A stretch of DNA of 64,000 nt from Paraphysomonas bandaiensis (Eukaryota > Protista > Chrysophyceae): contig CBFFRP010000136.1 of NCBI GenBank assembly GCA_965644295.1, positions 62,001 through 126,000 on the forward strand. The letters are read 5' to 3'. The notes under the pieces are model-generated. The model worked only from the letters and a program-made list of their open reading frames with translations, ran no database searches and was not told the DNA's origin. Of the stretch, positions 24,123-38,707 are shown in pieces (the first letter of the stretch is position 1; the number at the start of each line of letters is the position of its first letter). The position numbers and the translations under genes are program-made.

Positions 24123-27100
24123 TCACTTAAACCACATAAGATCTGGCTCATCATACGGCACAATAACAGTATCTACTCCTCCATTTTCACTGTCATAAAG
24201 AACAGTGAGCATTCGAGAACCCTTGTTCACTTTATCAACAATTCCCTCCCTATCACTATCAGAAGACTGAACCACCCAGTACCCCGCACAGGCCTCAATT
24301 GGTGGAGGTGTGTCCAATTTGATTAATTCATCCTCCTCGTCATCATTTCCTGACTTTAGTTGCAGAACTCGTCTTCTATCCCGCCTAAATACAGATTGCA
24401 CTGCAAGTAAGCACAGCACAAGTCGTACACAAATATGTATACCTTCCACGAGAAATCGCCTGGATTTTGGTGGCAGCTTTCTCTTGGATATCTTTTTCCA
24501 CCAGTACATCAACGGCTTGTTTTTCATTTGTTATACTTTCGGCCTCTGCATCTTTATACCATTCCAGGTTGGGTTCATCGTACGGTACCTCGCTTATATC
24601 GATTCCGTCATCGTCTTCGTCGTACAGAACTCTAAGCACTCTCGTATTCCTTATGACTTTATCTACTAGACCATCTCGCGTATCATCGCTTCTTCTCACC
24701 CAATATCCAGGGCATCTCTCTATCGGGGGAGGCTTATCCAACCTGACCAGTTGCACGTCATCAACGTCTTCAGATAGTTCGGACAACTTCCTCCGTGTAA
24801 GACTGCGAATGTTATACTATGTTAATGAGCACTGCCATTGAACAAGGTAGACTCACTTTCCGCGTATGGTTGCTTGGATTTTGGTTGCAGCTTTGTCTTG
24901 CTTGTCATTCGGCACAGAAAGTGCGCTCTCTTGCTTTGGCTTCATCAATGCTCTTATTCGACTGTTGTATAAACAGGCTTAGACATTGATAATAGTAAAT
25001 TAATGTGCATTACCTTCCTCTAAAATGCGCTTGAATCAAGGCTACTGCTTTCATCTCTTTGGCTTGTTCCGCTGGAGTACACATGCGGAACCAGTGCGTA
25101 ATCTTGGGTGCATCATAATGAATAATATCTTCTACCGTTGGCGTCTCTTGAAGATAGCACACCGTCATCAATTTAGTGTCCATATTCACGGATTTAACTA
25201 TGGCTTCCCGTTCTCTGTCGCCTGGTCTTCCATCTGTAGCCGGATGACTAATCCAGTATCCTTTGGCAAACTCTAAGGCAGGTCTAGAGATGTGATGAAG
25301 AATCATGAGGTCATCACTATCCGAATCCTTTAACTTTGACCTGAAGAATTTTTGCAGAATCCGAGCACTATCATTTCTACGAGAATATTCACTTTTCTTC
25401 ATGTGATAATGCCGGATAAAACAGGTTTTGATGACCAAAGCTGCCTTCTCCCTCTGCCCTTTTCTCCGCCTTGCGATGAAACCACGACACAAGGCTTGCA
25501 GAATCTTGATGTATTTAACCAAGCTCTTGTATTTGTAATTTCTAAAGGCACGTTGAATTTTCACTGTGGCATTTCTTCGTCGAAGTTTTTCTTTGCGGTA
25601 AAATTCCATAGCAGCCCAACGGAGCTTACACTCTTTAATCCACACATGAAATATTTCCACGCCACGTCGCATACTACTCACACGCCTATTAGCTAACATG
25701 TACCGGAATTTGCTTTGAATAGTAATAGCAGCGTTTTTTCTTTTTCGCTTCAACGCTCTATATTTCTTTTGATCCGCTAAGCATAACATGGCTCGTGCTA
25801 ATCCCTCCTCGTGTTTCTGGATTCGACGCTGTAAAGTTCGTTCTCTTACTTTGAAAAAGAAGCGTTGCAATATATTCATAGAATTCTCACGCTGCTTTCG
25901 TGACATAAATGCTACGATCATCTCCTTTCTCAATCGATCAGCTTCTGCTCGGAGCACTCCTTCCATACTTAAATTCTCCAGCTCTGTTTCAGACCTTTTT
26001 CTAACCATTTCCGACGCAGAACTTTCAATTCGCTCTAAGTCAGCTTCAAGCTGCATACGGTGACTCTTCTCTGCCTTCAGAAGTTTCCAAACCTCTCTAA
26101 CTTGCTCCTCAGCTTTAATCGCGCGTTGTGGTGATCCAGATTGGTTGCTATCTATTATAATAGACGACGACAGGGCTTCATCTAATTTCTGCTGTAACCT
26201 ACTGTTCTTGGCCCTAAGCTTTGCTATTTTTTCGTGTAAATCCTTTGTCTTCTTGGACTTTTCAGTTGGCCTGTCCCCATCTAGTGCACATTGGCGCGGC
26301 GCTGTTCTGACTATTCCGCCTGTTAGAGCCATGAGGGCTGCATGCGCGGCTTCAACAGACACTACAAGTGGATCCAGAGGATCAACATAAGCAGAGGCAT
26401 CGACACTCTCAGCAGGCTCATTAGACATCACTGCGGATGCCCCGTCCAGCACCTGTTTCCATTCCCACCACGATACTGTTCCGTCACCATCGAGATCCAT
26501 AGCTTTAAATAAGTTCAGAATTCGCTCCTTGCTAAAAGCAGTGGAATCGTCCACGGGAGGCCCATTAACCAGTTCCATCAACCCAAGCAGCAAGTCAATT
26601 GCTCCTTCGTCAAACCCAACAACATCTCCTTTGTTAGACTTTGTAGAAATCGACTCAATAACACGAACCAGCTATACATGTAAAACGCGTAAGAGACAAT
26701 ATCCATCATCGAAAGTGTACAAACCTCTAATGAAGTGACCCCCCCACTGCCATCTTTGTCCGCCTTTACAAACGCCTGTTTGAGTCCCAATTCTGCACGT
26801 CCCTGTCCACGATCTCCAAGCGACGGAGGTGCATGCAGTGACATCTTATAATTCCTCAAAAAATCTACCACACAAGACGGAACTGAAGTCATCTCAAATT
26901 TTAATTTGATACGCACTGAGGCAACATGGACACGATGTGCGTTGTAGAGCTTGACAGGACAATATAGCGTTGTTGGAAAATCACGCGGTTCACCTTCTTT
27001 CTGTGCCGCAAAAATCATGCGAAGGGCCTGGAAATATATTGCTGCCGTCTGTAAATGACCCACAGCAATACAATAATTTTTGCCGGATGACTCAAGATCC

Positions 27101-30100
27101 ATTAGACTAATTCGAAGGTCAAAAATGTCGTCAGTACTATTCCCAAGACCACAGAGCATATCATACGTATTGACAGCAATACAAGGAGCATCAGCGACTC
27201 CTGAATCCTCACTTCGGTTATTCAGCTTCGGCGAAGAAGGGTTTCTTTGCATGGTCACCTGCTGTCGCAATTTGGACGACTTAGACCGCTTGTGGGAGTT
27301 ATTAAATTGCATCTTCTTTGGGCTCTGCGGGCCACTTTTCTTTAAACTACGGCGGGTGGCATTGGGACTTTTTGATGCACGTGACATCGAATGTGCTGAA
27401 AGAGTTGAACATTGAGACTTGCTCATTTCTACAGGAGAGACTGTGCTGGACCCAGTGCAATCAGATACTTTCATTGTAAACTTTGGCGAAAAGCAACTTC
27501 CGAAACCGCCTAGCGAATACCTCAAGGCACCAGGTTTGCTAGTTGCACCGGCGAACACGTCCGAGGCCGCTCCAAGAACTTCAATATTACTGTGGAAAAT
27601 GTGTAAAAAACCCGTAACATACGGAACAAAAACAGCTCCAAGCTTCAAGCGGGATAGACGTTGCTTAATGGCAGCAGTGTAATTACCAAGCAAATCAGGT
27701 CTAAGGACCACATCAAGGATTGGGACTTCTGTAGAAAGTGTAGTTGGAGTATCCGTGGCGGGTTTGGGAAGCGTATTCATCGTTGGAATTGATACTAAAA
27801 ATGGAGTCTGGTTGTGCTTCCTTGTGACACGCAGATGCGTAGTAGATCGCCCTCCAGGCACTGCTACGTGTCCGGATAAGATGTCAGCAACCTGGTTCTC
27901 GATATACATAGTCTGTCTCGTCTCGATACAACACGATCTAAAGGGAATGGTTCCATTGTTTTCGTCAAGGTCACCTGAAGAGGAAACCATCTCCACTTTA
28001 GCTTCAACAGAGAGGATATCTGCCGACGGATAAACTTTTTCCCGATGACTTTCTCCTTCACGGATGGAATGATACCATGTCGCTATCTGCCCAACGCCCG
28101 GAAATTCAGCATGGGGACCAACACTTTGGCATGTCCCAGCCTTGTCTAGCCTCTCCACCACAATATGTAGACGTGACTCTGGAGTTCGTACAAAAGATTC
28201 ATCCTCGTCATCATCATCATCAATAAGAGAAACTCCATTGGTGTCTGAAACCAGCAACACCCACTGATCGATTGGTCTCCCTTTAGCAAGAAGAGACCAT
28301 GGGATCGCAATTTGCGTGTGGGATATGACAGGGCATCCAAGCCGCAAAGCATCCCGACACCTCACAGACAGAGTCCACAGTTGCTTGGAGGCCACATCAC
28401 CCTCAGAAGTAGTAGCTGTATCAGGTATCGGAATTCTACATTTAGCATTCCACCTAACACTATTTAGATCAACAATTGGGGTCGAGTCAAAGAGTTTATC
28501 GTAACCGAGTCTCATATCCGGACCAGTACAATGACTAACAGGTTGGGTTAATGTACACTCAAAGTAGGGTTCCATAAACTGCGTCCATTCCCCATCCCAT
28601 ACGTTCCCTTCCGCCACACAGACACCAAGTTCATACATCGTATGCATTTCTCCCCCAGCAGCAACCGGCACCATAACAGCATTGCACTCTGCAGAAGATA
28701 CATGACAGCCGCATATCACCTCCGCCACCTTTAGACCGTCGCGGTTCCTTAACGGTAACCCCACATTCATAGGTTTACCAGTCATAAGAAGGTCACGGGG
28801 AAAAACAATACTTGACACGCCAATAACACTATCATCTTCATCTCGCACAAGTTGAACGCAAACAAGAATAGATGTATTGCTCTGCAAGCATACAGGCAGA
28901 GCTACACTGTCATTATTCAAAGTTATTTTTCCAGTATCGATATCTATTGAGCCCTGCATGGATACGGAGGGCTCATTGGAGCTGATAAACACAGTCACAC
29001 TTTCATCATCCTTGAGTGACCTCAAGGGTCCGGCAACTGCCACGATACTGTTCAAAGAAAAACTCATATGAACAAGATCATCGGTTCGCTCGTTCACGCC
29101 GCTGTTGCGGCGACTCATTAAAAGATTCTGGGAAAAATCTGCCCACCTCTCGATACAGAGCCTCTTCAGGTCAGAAAACGCACTCTTCGGAAAAGGTTGC
29201 TGAACTATCGACTGCGTATGATTATGATCTCTGGTTGTGGTCGCATGCGGAGTGTCACCAGCCCATGCAACTGACTTTGTTCCAGAGGATACTTGACAGG
29301 GCCTGTGGAATGCAGGATCGAGAGACTGCTGTTTAAATTGGAGCCCAACCATAACATAGCCAATGCAATTCATATAGTTCTCGTGACTGCAAAGAGCTGA
29401 CACAACAGGCAGAACACACACAATGGGATTATTGTTGATATTAATTACCGACGCTATATCAAGAGATATATATCCAACAGTATGCTTTCGTACATCTGTT
29501 GTTCCTTTAGGTTTCGATGACATGCACGACAGAGTTCCGAGCAAATACCCGACGTGCCGCTGCTGCAACGACCACACAATGGGAATAACAAACTCCTTAT
29601 CCCACAGGGCACAAAAAGGTGAGTCCTCCACTCCCTCAGGGTATTTACAGACGCGCGACGCTTCCGTCTTTTCTTTAGACGAGCCAGAGTGGGGCAGTGT
29701 GAAATCCATTGACAACATATCCGACTTTGTTAATGTGTATGTCCCGCCATACTTTGGTATAAACCCATGTGCATTCACAGTCAGCTCACCGCTTACAGAC
29801 TTAACAGGCTCGAATATTCGCTTCGCAATATGATCATTTTCTCGAGGAGAATCTATAGCATCTACGACCGCAAGATCTTCTTCTACAGCACTACGACTGA
29901 CCTCCACGTTATCCAGGCCTTCTGTGTCAAGGGCATCGCATGATACTTCGCACACCACTGCCCACTCAGATGACTTCACTCGATTAACACCACGCTGAGA
30001 TGGCGGCTCGACGACAAAAGACTGGTATGCTCCTTTACACTTACCATCCTTCAGTATAGCTGTGAGCGGAATAGATATCATCCCAATATTCACTGCACTG

Positions 30101-31629
30101 GTTTCCATCAGTTGCGTAACCTTGATGTCCAGAATATCAAGTGATGAGCTCTCTGATCTCATATGTTGTTGATACTTTGCTTCAATACCACGCTTAAACG
30201 TACTGTTCAGCACATCAGACGCACAAGACACACCACTGCTACTGAGAGATGCCTCTACAACACACGACTCAATGTTCTTGAAAGCTCGTCCATAAATTCC
30301 GATCACATGCACATTCACATCCACTGGGGGTGCTGTGTACGGAAGTGCCTCAGCTTTCCCAACATCCACCTCCCTAGAAATTTGTAGAAGACTATCGTCC
30401 ATCACCTGAAGTAAAAGAGTCGCTCTCCCCGCAGTCACCGGGCATTCCCATGGAGTAACAGTGCATTCTCGTGTTGATTTACTCGGCTGCATATTTACGA
30501 CTAGCATTTTACCACCGCGGACCTGCCGCAGTTCCGGCAGGTACATCGACCCATGGGCAGTGAACCCACCAGTTGTGAACTCGACCTGTAACCGTGGGCA
30601 GGCACCAACTGCGTACGCTTTACTGCGCATATCGGCTACACTAACCGCAATATTAACAGGCTGCATCTCGAAGTCAAAGTTGACACCATTTTCCCCACTT
30701 TCATCAGACGCTTTCGAACGAACGATATTACCTGTACCGGGAACAGGCTGAACGCTGAGCTTGACCTGTCCTGATGCTTTTTCTGTTGTTGAAGGGGAAT
30801 TCGCTGGTTTTGTATATAGCACAGAGTGAACACGCAAGGATATACTGCATGTAGCTGATCTTAAATCTGCCATGTCGTGCTGAACTGATTCAATAATATC
30901 TCTACTATAGTCCTCATACTTGGTCCACCCAGGCCGTTTCGACTTTCCAGACTTGGACCGACCCAACTTTTTATCCTTTGGGGACTCTAGGGTTTCAAAT
31001 TCTTCGTCATATCCTGGATCATATTGCAGCGACGCACTTTGTTTAGTTTCATTGTGTTGGGCCATGGTTGGCGACGGGATGTTATTCGGCTCTGGGGATG
31101 GAAATCCAGCCGACGTAGTTTCACCTTCGCCATTCAGAACGTCATCACCAAGTTCATTATCCACTATTCCAGAGTCATCCTCAGGGGATACACTGTCAGC
31201 TGGATTAGCACTTGGATTATTTGCATCATTTAGTTGCTCATTCTCTTCGTCTTCAGCCGCTGCTTCCGCTGCCCATGAGTACACAACCTCTCCAAAGGGC
31301 AAATCCGGATCCCCATTATCATAGAGAACGCATATATTATTTTCTCCATGAGGTTCATTGAATGGACCAATGGTACCAACACCATCATAGCATATATCAC
31401 AGTCATCGCCCTTGAAGAACAATTTAACTGTGAAGCTACACTTATCCGGTTCATCAGAATTAAAACATACATCTTCCTCAATAGAAATATCATCCTTATG
31501 TTTACTTCCGACTTTAGTTTTCTTTGATTCAGTGCTACTTACTCCAGTGCGAGGAGTTAACTGCACAAAAGGCAAGTTGGGCCCATTGATATCTATTTCG
31601 CGTAATGTATGTACAGTGAGTCGAATCAT
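24123..31629 (-). CDS. Large Ca2+-related protein: C2-like domains, two EF-hands, coiled coil, multiple IQ motifs and three C-terminal ~55-aa repeats (multi-exon)
   Basis: N-terminal C2-like IRLTVHTLREID..PFVQL..KKTKV; EF loops DKDGSGGVTSLE and DLDGDGTVSWWE; IQxxFR/IQAxxRG motifs; three repeats GYW..R.G.V.KV..L.V.Y..(V/I)(P/H)YD.P...W; ORFs joined by short GT-AG introns. Confidence 0.75.
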
Positions 31630-32396
31630 TTCCAATGATCAATACCACATAAAATACATTAATCAAACATACTCGTAATGATCAAATAAGTTTCATCGGA
31701 CCTTTACCAAGTGAGTAATATGAAGTCAATTGAGCCCTATACGAGCAATAGTGTTTATATAATTATCTTTTGAAAATATATCAATTGGCCAGTTACAATA
31801 AAATACTGTCATCATTATTCAAAAACTAGGAATATTCATATGAAAAATACCCCATATTTATAAAAAACATTGATTTATGCATACATGGAAATATTATCAT
31901 GCTCAATAGTCAGCTTTTATCTTTTTCGTGCTGAAAATTCGAAGAAAAGTTGTCGTTTTCCGTTATACAACAAAAACCTCCATCAGCGTATTCTATTCCT
32001 ACAATGTATTTTTGCTTAGTATTACGAGCCATTCGTTGGTCACATGAACTGACGACAGTGATGGATGGAGAGATTTGATATGATGACAAAAAAAAATGGA
32101 ATCTGGTGGTGGGTATATGTACCGTACCAACTGTTCGATAGGATGGTCAGATATATACGTACACAATACATATACATATACAATACATGTGTACCTCCTG
32201 TGGTTAGGGAGACCACATATATTAGTATGAGAACACAGTTACTTGTACGATATACACCTTTGAACCAAAGAAGCAAGTGATATATTACTCAACTGAGTAT
32301 TATCAGCACAAAGTACATTAAACTTTTCAGTTTTCTACACTTTTATATTAATATTGAAATGCCCTCTGAGCAATATTAATTTGATTGTGTTGGAAA

Positions 32397-34052
32397 ATGA
32401 AATTTCTTCGATTAATTGCTCGATCAAACCATCGTAATTTATTCATTTCAAATGTAGAAAACGGTAAAGCCGTATATGGTGTGGGTATAATTCGAAAGTT
32501 GCATACATCAGACATGCAACAGGTTCACCGATGGAAGTCTCTAAGAGTAAACACTCTTAGCGATCTTGCTTCTCGAAAAGATGCAATTGGCCTCCTCAGT
32601 GAGCTAAAAAATATATCTACTGAATTATTTAAATCCAACAGTGTGATTGATGCGGATTTAGCAATAATTGCTGCGAACATATGTGTTGGGGATAATGGCG
32701 TTAACTACAAACTTGGGTGTGATATATTCGATGCTCTCAATGTTCACCATCCTAGTTTGACAGAGACAGGATACAAAAAGCTGCTAGATTTATGTATTCT
32801 GCGGAATCAAGCTAGTATAGTGACGAATATACATTTGAGAATGCGTGCTCAGGGTGTAACACTTGCACCTGGCGCCTACGAACGCCTTATTGCTTTTCTA
32901 TCTGGTAAAGGAAGAGTAGCCGAAGCGGCGGAGTTGGTTATGTTAATGCCAACAGCTTCTACACGACCCTTGGTGACGCTTGCAGAACCGTTACTCATGA
33001 CCGGGCAGCATGACCGATATCTTCAGCTGTTCCGCCGATGTGTGTCATCTTCCCCTTGTGTGAAACCGGCTGATGTGCTCAAGATATTGGTTGCTGTTGT
33101 CTGGGCACAGGGTAGGGTTCCTGCCCAATCTTCGCTGGAGGAGAATACCCGTTTTATACGTGAACTATTGCACAGCGTAGATGAATATGCTGTTCGCCTA
33201 TCAAAAGAATCTGTGGATTTTGATGTTGACTTCCAAGCCGCAAAAGAGGCAGTCTCTCTAGTGCTACTGTCTGATGGTTTAGACTATAAGACGCGATCAG
33301 CGCTCGCACGATTGCGTTGGAAGTTTATGTCTTCCAAGGAGTTTGTACCATTTCCATATCTGGCAGAAGAGACTTTTGAGGCATCACAAGTAGTGGATCT
33401 CACCAGTGAAATGCAAAAACATCCGACATCGGCATCAGGAATAATGTTCTCGAAATCATTCTGGCCTCGTCAGTATAGTTCGGAGCTTCGGGGATTAGTT
33501 GGTGGAGAGTCACTGGATGATGATCAAGAGGATGATTTAGATGACGACGATTCTGATTCAGAATTTGATGAAGAACTTGGTTCTGGTATTCCGTCAAACT
33601 TACAGTCCCTCGTCGATGATGATGATGACGATGATGAGGTCATGTCCGATTTCAGTATGCTGGTCTCTGACGATGACGATATGAATGGACTTGATAGTGA
33701 TAGCGATGAAGAAAGTGAAGATGAGGACGACGAGGACGACGACGACGACGACGAATTCTTGGATGTTCCCTCACAAGAAACCCTCAAAGCCCTAGAGAAA
33801 ATGCATATGCTGGGCTGTGACTACCCTGGAGCGGGTATTGCTGGTGGATTGAACTGCAACGACTTAACAGCGCAGTTTGCTAATGCCGATAATAGTGAGT
33901 ATGCATCTTTGCCATTGAGATTTGCAGGGAACATATTTGGCGGGTATAATGATTCGTATGTATCTGGGTTTGATGGAAGTTATGAGGCAATTGAATGTAT
34001 GGAGAAACAGAGTCAATTAGAATTACATCATAACGAAGAAAACGATATTTGA
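32397..34052 (+). CDS. PPR-like helical-repeat protein with probable mitochondrial presequence and long acidic tract
   Basis: Intronless. MKFLRLIARSNHRNL presequence-like start; PPR-like segments GYKKLLDLCILRNQASIVTNIHLRMRAQGVTL and AYERLIAFLSGKGRVAEAAEL; D/E tract at ~33515-33755. Confidence 0.6.
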   Translation: MKFLRLIARSNHRNLFISNVENGKAVYGVGIIRKLHTSDMQQVHRWKSLRVNTLSDLASRKDAIGLLSELKNISTELFKSNSVIDADLAIIAANICVGDNGVNYKLGCDIFDALNVHHPSLTETGYKKLLDLCILRNQASIVTNIHLRMRAQGVTLAPGAYERLIAFLSGKGRVAEAAELVMLMPTASTRPLVTLAEPLLMTGQHDRYLQLFRRCVSSSPCVKPADVLKILVAVVWAQGRVPAQSSLEENTRFIRELLHSVDEYAVRLSKESVDFDVDFQAAKEAVSLVLLSDGLDYKTRSALARLRWKFMSSKEFVPFPYLAEETFEASQVVDLTSEMQKHPTSASGIMFSKSFWPRQYSSELRGLVGGESLDDDQEDDLDDDDSDSEFDEELGSGIPSNLQSLVDDDDDDDEVMSDFSMLVSDDDDMNGLDSDSDEESEDEDDEDDDDDDEFLDVPSQETLKALEKMHMLGCDYPGAGIAGGLNCNDLTAQFANADNSEYASLPLRFAGNIFGGYNDSYVSGFDGSYEAIECMEKQSQLELHHNEENDI

Positions 34053-35656
34053 AAACTTATTAATAAAATATGAATAACCGCTATACTGTACAAGCTTGAA
34101 GTTTCATTTTCCAATAGTAGCTACAGTGCAATCTGTAGACAGTACACTCTTTAGTGAGTGCAGATCTCTATTCCCATGTTGGAATACGTGATGTAGTATA
34201 TAACTGATCGTGTTACCAAAACGTGCGTAGTAGAATGTACTAGCACTAAATGATAAGGCTCCAGAAGCTGAAATATCATATCTACACAGGATATTTTAGA
34301 TTAAAGGTTCTTAGAATTAGTGAATGAATTGAAAGAGTTCGCCATACTATGATCTATGATTTTATGGTACCCCAATACAACAATCACAAGAGTATATAGC
34401 AGAATGAGACTTTAATTATTGTAATACACTCCAAGAACTTAGACTTGAAATACAGATGAGTTGAAATACAGACAACTCTCTTTAGTTATTGACTTGAAAA
34501 TCACTATTGCAGTGCATCAGATTCATCTACAATATATCCAGGCGATTGCACCATCAAAGCTGAATTACCTGCCACGAAACTCTAGACAAACACACGCAAA
34601 GTATGAAATGAGGCAAGAGAAGCAAGCAAAATTGATCTTTAGAGTGATCAATTTTTAGTAAAATAGAAGCCACGAATGGTGTATACAGAGTGCTCATCCT
34701 TACTATGTCCACAAGGCACATCTGTCCTATCCGCCCCCTGGTTTTAAAAGAAACAATACCCTCTCTTATGTGGAGAAACTTCATTCTTTAAACACTCCAA
34801 ATAGTAAATAAAGGTACGGTTTATTTAATGGTACACATTGCTATGCTATCTAGATATACCTGGGACTATTAGGACTGTTGGTGATGCAGAGCATTGTTAT
34901 CCTGACAAACCATCGCAGTGAGAACATTATAGCAGACAAGATCACATTTGTTATTTGCAGTACATCTATTTGTAATCTTATTAGTATCAACTTATACTGT
35001 TTATTTACTGTCTGAGAGAATATTGTGGACATATCAATTCTAGAGTTAGATAGATGTACATGCTGCTGTACATGATGCCTCACATCTAATTTCTGAGATA
35101 TACTGAGGTTCTTGCTTCACAAAATCCAGGAAATCTCTAATTTCTGATGTTTTGTTTTGATTTTTGGGGATATCTTGTTTGTTTTGTTATATGATCAATC
35201 ACCACTGCAACAATGATACATGTATCAACACATCGACATGGACACAACGAAATCGAAGTCAATGAAAGTGTATACCGACTGATGATTGGACTGGAATAAG
35301 TGAATATCTAGATATAAAGTGTGAGCGAGAGGTGGACAAACCGGTACATATCTTCATGTCATATAAGATTTCAGTTTGGTTCAGTTCGAGTCAATGGTTC
35401 CTTACTCTTTTTTCATACCCGGCATATCATATATATATATGGATATTACGAAGTTCTATGTAGGAAAAAACACAGCAATCCAGTGTTCAATATCACTATA
35501 TATATATATATAAGCCGTATGAGAGTACATGAATATGTCGATGTTTACTATACAGCCTGAAATATTGACCCAGAACTTGTGATCATTGAGTCACACCATG
35601 AAACAAGTTCTGTGTCATTATGAACATCCTTCTCTCGTGTTTCTCATAGTAAGAGC

Positions 35657-38302
35657 ATGGATTATATTAAAACAGAAGCTCATAAAGGTGAGTACGTACA
35701 CTCTAACACAAGCGTGATATACTACTATCAGTGGTGGTTGTTGGGCCTGCTGCATCGGGTAAATCAACTCTTCTTGAATACCTGTCTATGGGGTACATTG
35801 AGCCGAACAAAAAATATTCACCAACTAGTTGAGTGTATAGTGGATGTAGTGAAGCTAAAGATCGTGACTTTATGTTAGTTGGCTGTAGAATCAAAAGAAT
35901 TACTATTCATCGAGGCATGAAATGTATAGCATCTCTGTGGGAACTTGGCGGTACTCGCCTCTACAAAGAGCTGCATGATGCAGGTGGCTACTTATTTATT
36001 CATATATGGATTTTTAACAATCAAACAGCATACAAAGATGCAAATTGTGTAATACTTATGTGTGATATATCTGGACTGGAAAAAATTGAGGTATTTTTTC
36101 AGCAGCATTACTGTATCCATATTGACATGTTAAACAGGTGATAGGATCATGGATTGAACATTCACAACGACGAAATTCAGGTGTATGACATTAGAATGTG
36201 TTGAGTAAAATTAATTTATTTAGGATGTGAGCTTATTCTGGTTGGAAATAAGCGTGCTGCTTCTGTTGCCGCGTACTCTCGTCGTCTAGTGAAAGTATAA
36301 AATCGTTTATACTTCGGTGCCTTTCATAATATATTTTGAGACAGAAAATATCAAACCTCTACAATATTTGCTACGTTGAAGTAAACATGACATGTAGCGG
36401 GGGATTAGAGCGGCTGCTGACAATCATAGGCAATGTGATTAAGAGACATTCAGAGAACATTAATCTGATAGAGACTTCTGGGCTCAGCACCATAAACCAA
36501 CAACAATTTGACCAGGTCTATTGATGCTCTGCGTACCAATCAATTACATATCTCGCTTACAGCACTTGAGATCTCTATCTATAGAATCTTGCTACTGTTG
36601 TCCCTACTTTGACAATAATCTTGGCGAATGGGTTAGTGTACCCTCTGCATCCCCGTCCCACAACTCGAATACATCTTCAAGACAAAGTGAAGACGGCGTA
36701 GAAGATCTGCGTGGGGCACTGGTAGGCTGTTACTTGAACCAGAATAGCGCCAAGAGAAGTCCATACAGAGAAAATTCAGAGTATGGTTTCTATGCTCTGC
36801 ACTCAAAGTTTAACTTAACGATGCGTATGCGCAGTAAATATGCTCTTTATGACAAGAGTGAACAAAAGATTGTGATTCGAAATTTCAATACTCTTGAGTC
36901 CCAGTTGGAAGTGCTGCGGTATGTATATGACTCTAGATCTCCAACAGTATAAAAACCTTTGAACACAATAACTAGAGCCTACTTTACGAATACTGGCCCT
37001 GTAGTGTACTACTTTCCACACAAATTTCCAGACTGTGGTTCCAGTGAGGAACTTATTGCATACACATTACAACTTACAGAAGAAGGCACACGTCTCTCCC
37101 TATTCGAGAGGTATTATCCATGAGACAATAATATATAAAGTTTATGCTAACTTAGTATCTTAGGAATAAAAGGCTGTCAGGTGAACTGCTTGGAGTGTAT
37201 CTAATGGACATAGCGGACGTACGGCAGGGTAGGTGTTTTTTTTGTCTGTATATAGTTATCTTTGATCTGCAGACAACGTAAATGTGGGACCACAAAAGTT
37301 CCAAATGTTTCGACTTCTTGTAGTGGCATCAGAACGAGTTATACCTTTGTATGTCGTTGATCAGGACATCTGCAATATTGCTTCGCAGGTCACAACAAAT
37401 TATGTGTTAAATAGTATGGGTTGACGTGGATGTAGCACATCATCGACCTACGAGATATCGCTATCCATCAGGTTTGGGATTGGGCTAATGGTACTTACGT
37501 CGGCTAAATAATGTGCAGTGCAGTATGGATATTCAGCGTGTTTATCTTGCAAAGCAGCATCGCAATATTGTGGTAGGGGAATTTGCAGTAGAGAGAGGAG
37601 TCAATTACGTGCAGGCGATATGTCATTTATGTCCTCATCAAATGAAACTAAGAATGTTTGCAATTGACTATAAGAGACGCGCTGTACGTGTCCTTGCGGT
37701 AGGCTATAATAAAGCACATCTCTCGTCAATAATAATCTGAGTGTTAGCCATCGCAACGTATAGATATTAATGGGGCTCCACTGGATATTTGTGTTTCTAC
37801 GACCATGTCAAAGCTGAACGAGTCGTATCCAGAGTTCATTGTGGGAGAAGCTGCAAATGGTATGAGAGTTTTTGCACTATCTATTGCTTTATGAAACTGA
37901 TGGGGCATTAGAGTGCAGGAATTTTTGCACCGGTAGAAAAAATGTAAATGAAATGTTATTTTCAGATATATCAGAAATTAGGTACAGTACTCATTAGACA
38001 AAGCGAATTGCATCATCAACACTTTATGAATAGGGCTGGAAGTTACGCTTACTCCTTTCCTGATACATCCGCCGAACCGGAGGTATTGTGATAGTACCAA
38101 ATCGCTTATAATTTATAATCATGTATGCTTAATTTATCAGACGGATAAGTGCTGCCTTGCTATCATCGGAGGAACTGGATGCATTTGTCTACAGTTTACA
38201 TCCAGGTAGGAAGTTGATATATATCCCCCTATAGAGCGGTCTAAAAGTTGGTATCGTAGTTCATTGAGAAACAGTGTTTTTGACGAATTACGGTTAATAT
38301 AA
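35657..38302 (+). CDS. Atypical Ras-superfamily GTPase domain + long C-terminal extension (possible PH-like end), many short exons; copy 1
   Basis: Spliced: MDYIKTEAHKVVVVGPAASGKST (G1), YSPTIG (G2), SLWELGG (G3 variant), LILVGNKR (G4 variant); last exons give CCLAIIGGTGCICLQFTSSSLRNSVFDELRLI*. Middle exons not fully resolved. Confidence 0.6.
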
Positions 38303-38707
38303 TAAAGTCACTGTGGCTAAAATGCCAAATAGTTACAACCATAATTAATACGATATTGTTTATAATCTTCATGAAACAATATGATGGATGTATGATGTAT
38401 TAGCTCGGATATGAGTATTTAACCAGTGAGTACACTGTGGTAGCTGATAATGTTTGTGCGTTGTATCTGGAGTAGGCATGACTAATGCTGTCTCAAACAA
38501 CAATACGGTTTTAGTCGTATAATCTAAACGGTGTGTACGAATATGGATACAATACCTATGCATGAGGCATGAGTACAAACTAAATTCTCGCTTAGGAGTG
38601 TTTATAGACCTCCGAAACGGTAGCCAATAAACACTTCATTATAATAAAACAGTTCTATATACATTTATATAGCACCAAAAAACAGTAGCCAAACAACATA
38701 GACTAAG

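Noticed and set aside
33400-33787. Poly-Ser antisense ORFs
   Set aside because: Mirror of the Asp/Glu tract in the plus-strand gene
35827-35832. In-frame TGA in the GTPase as selenocysteine or readthrough
   Set aside because: It lies inside a GT-AG intron whose removal restores the PTIG motif
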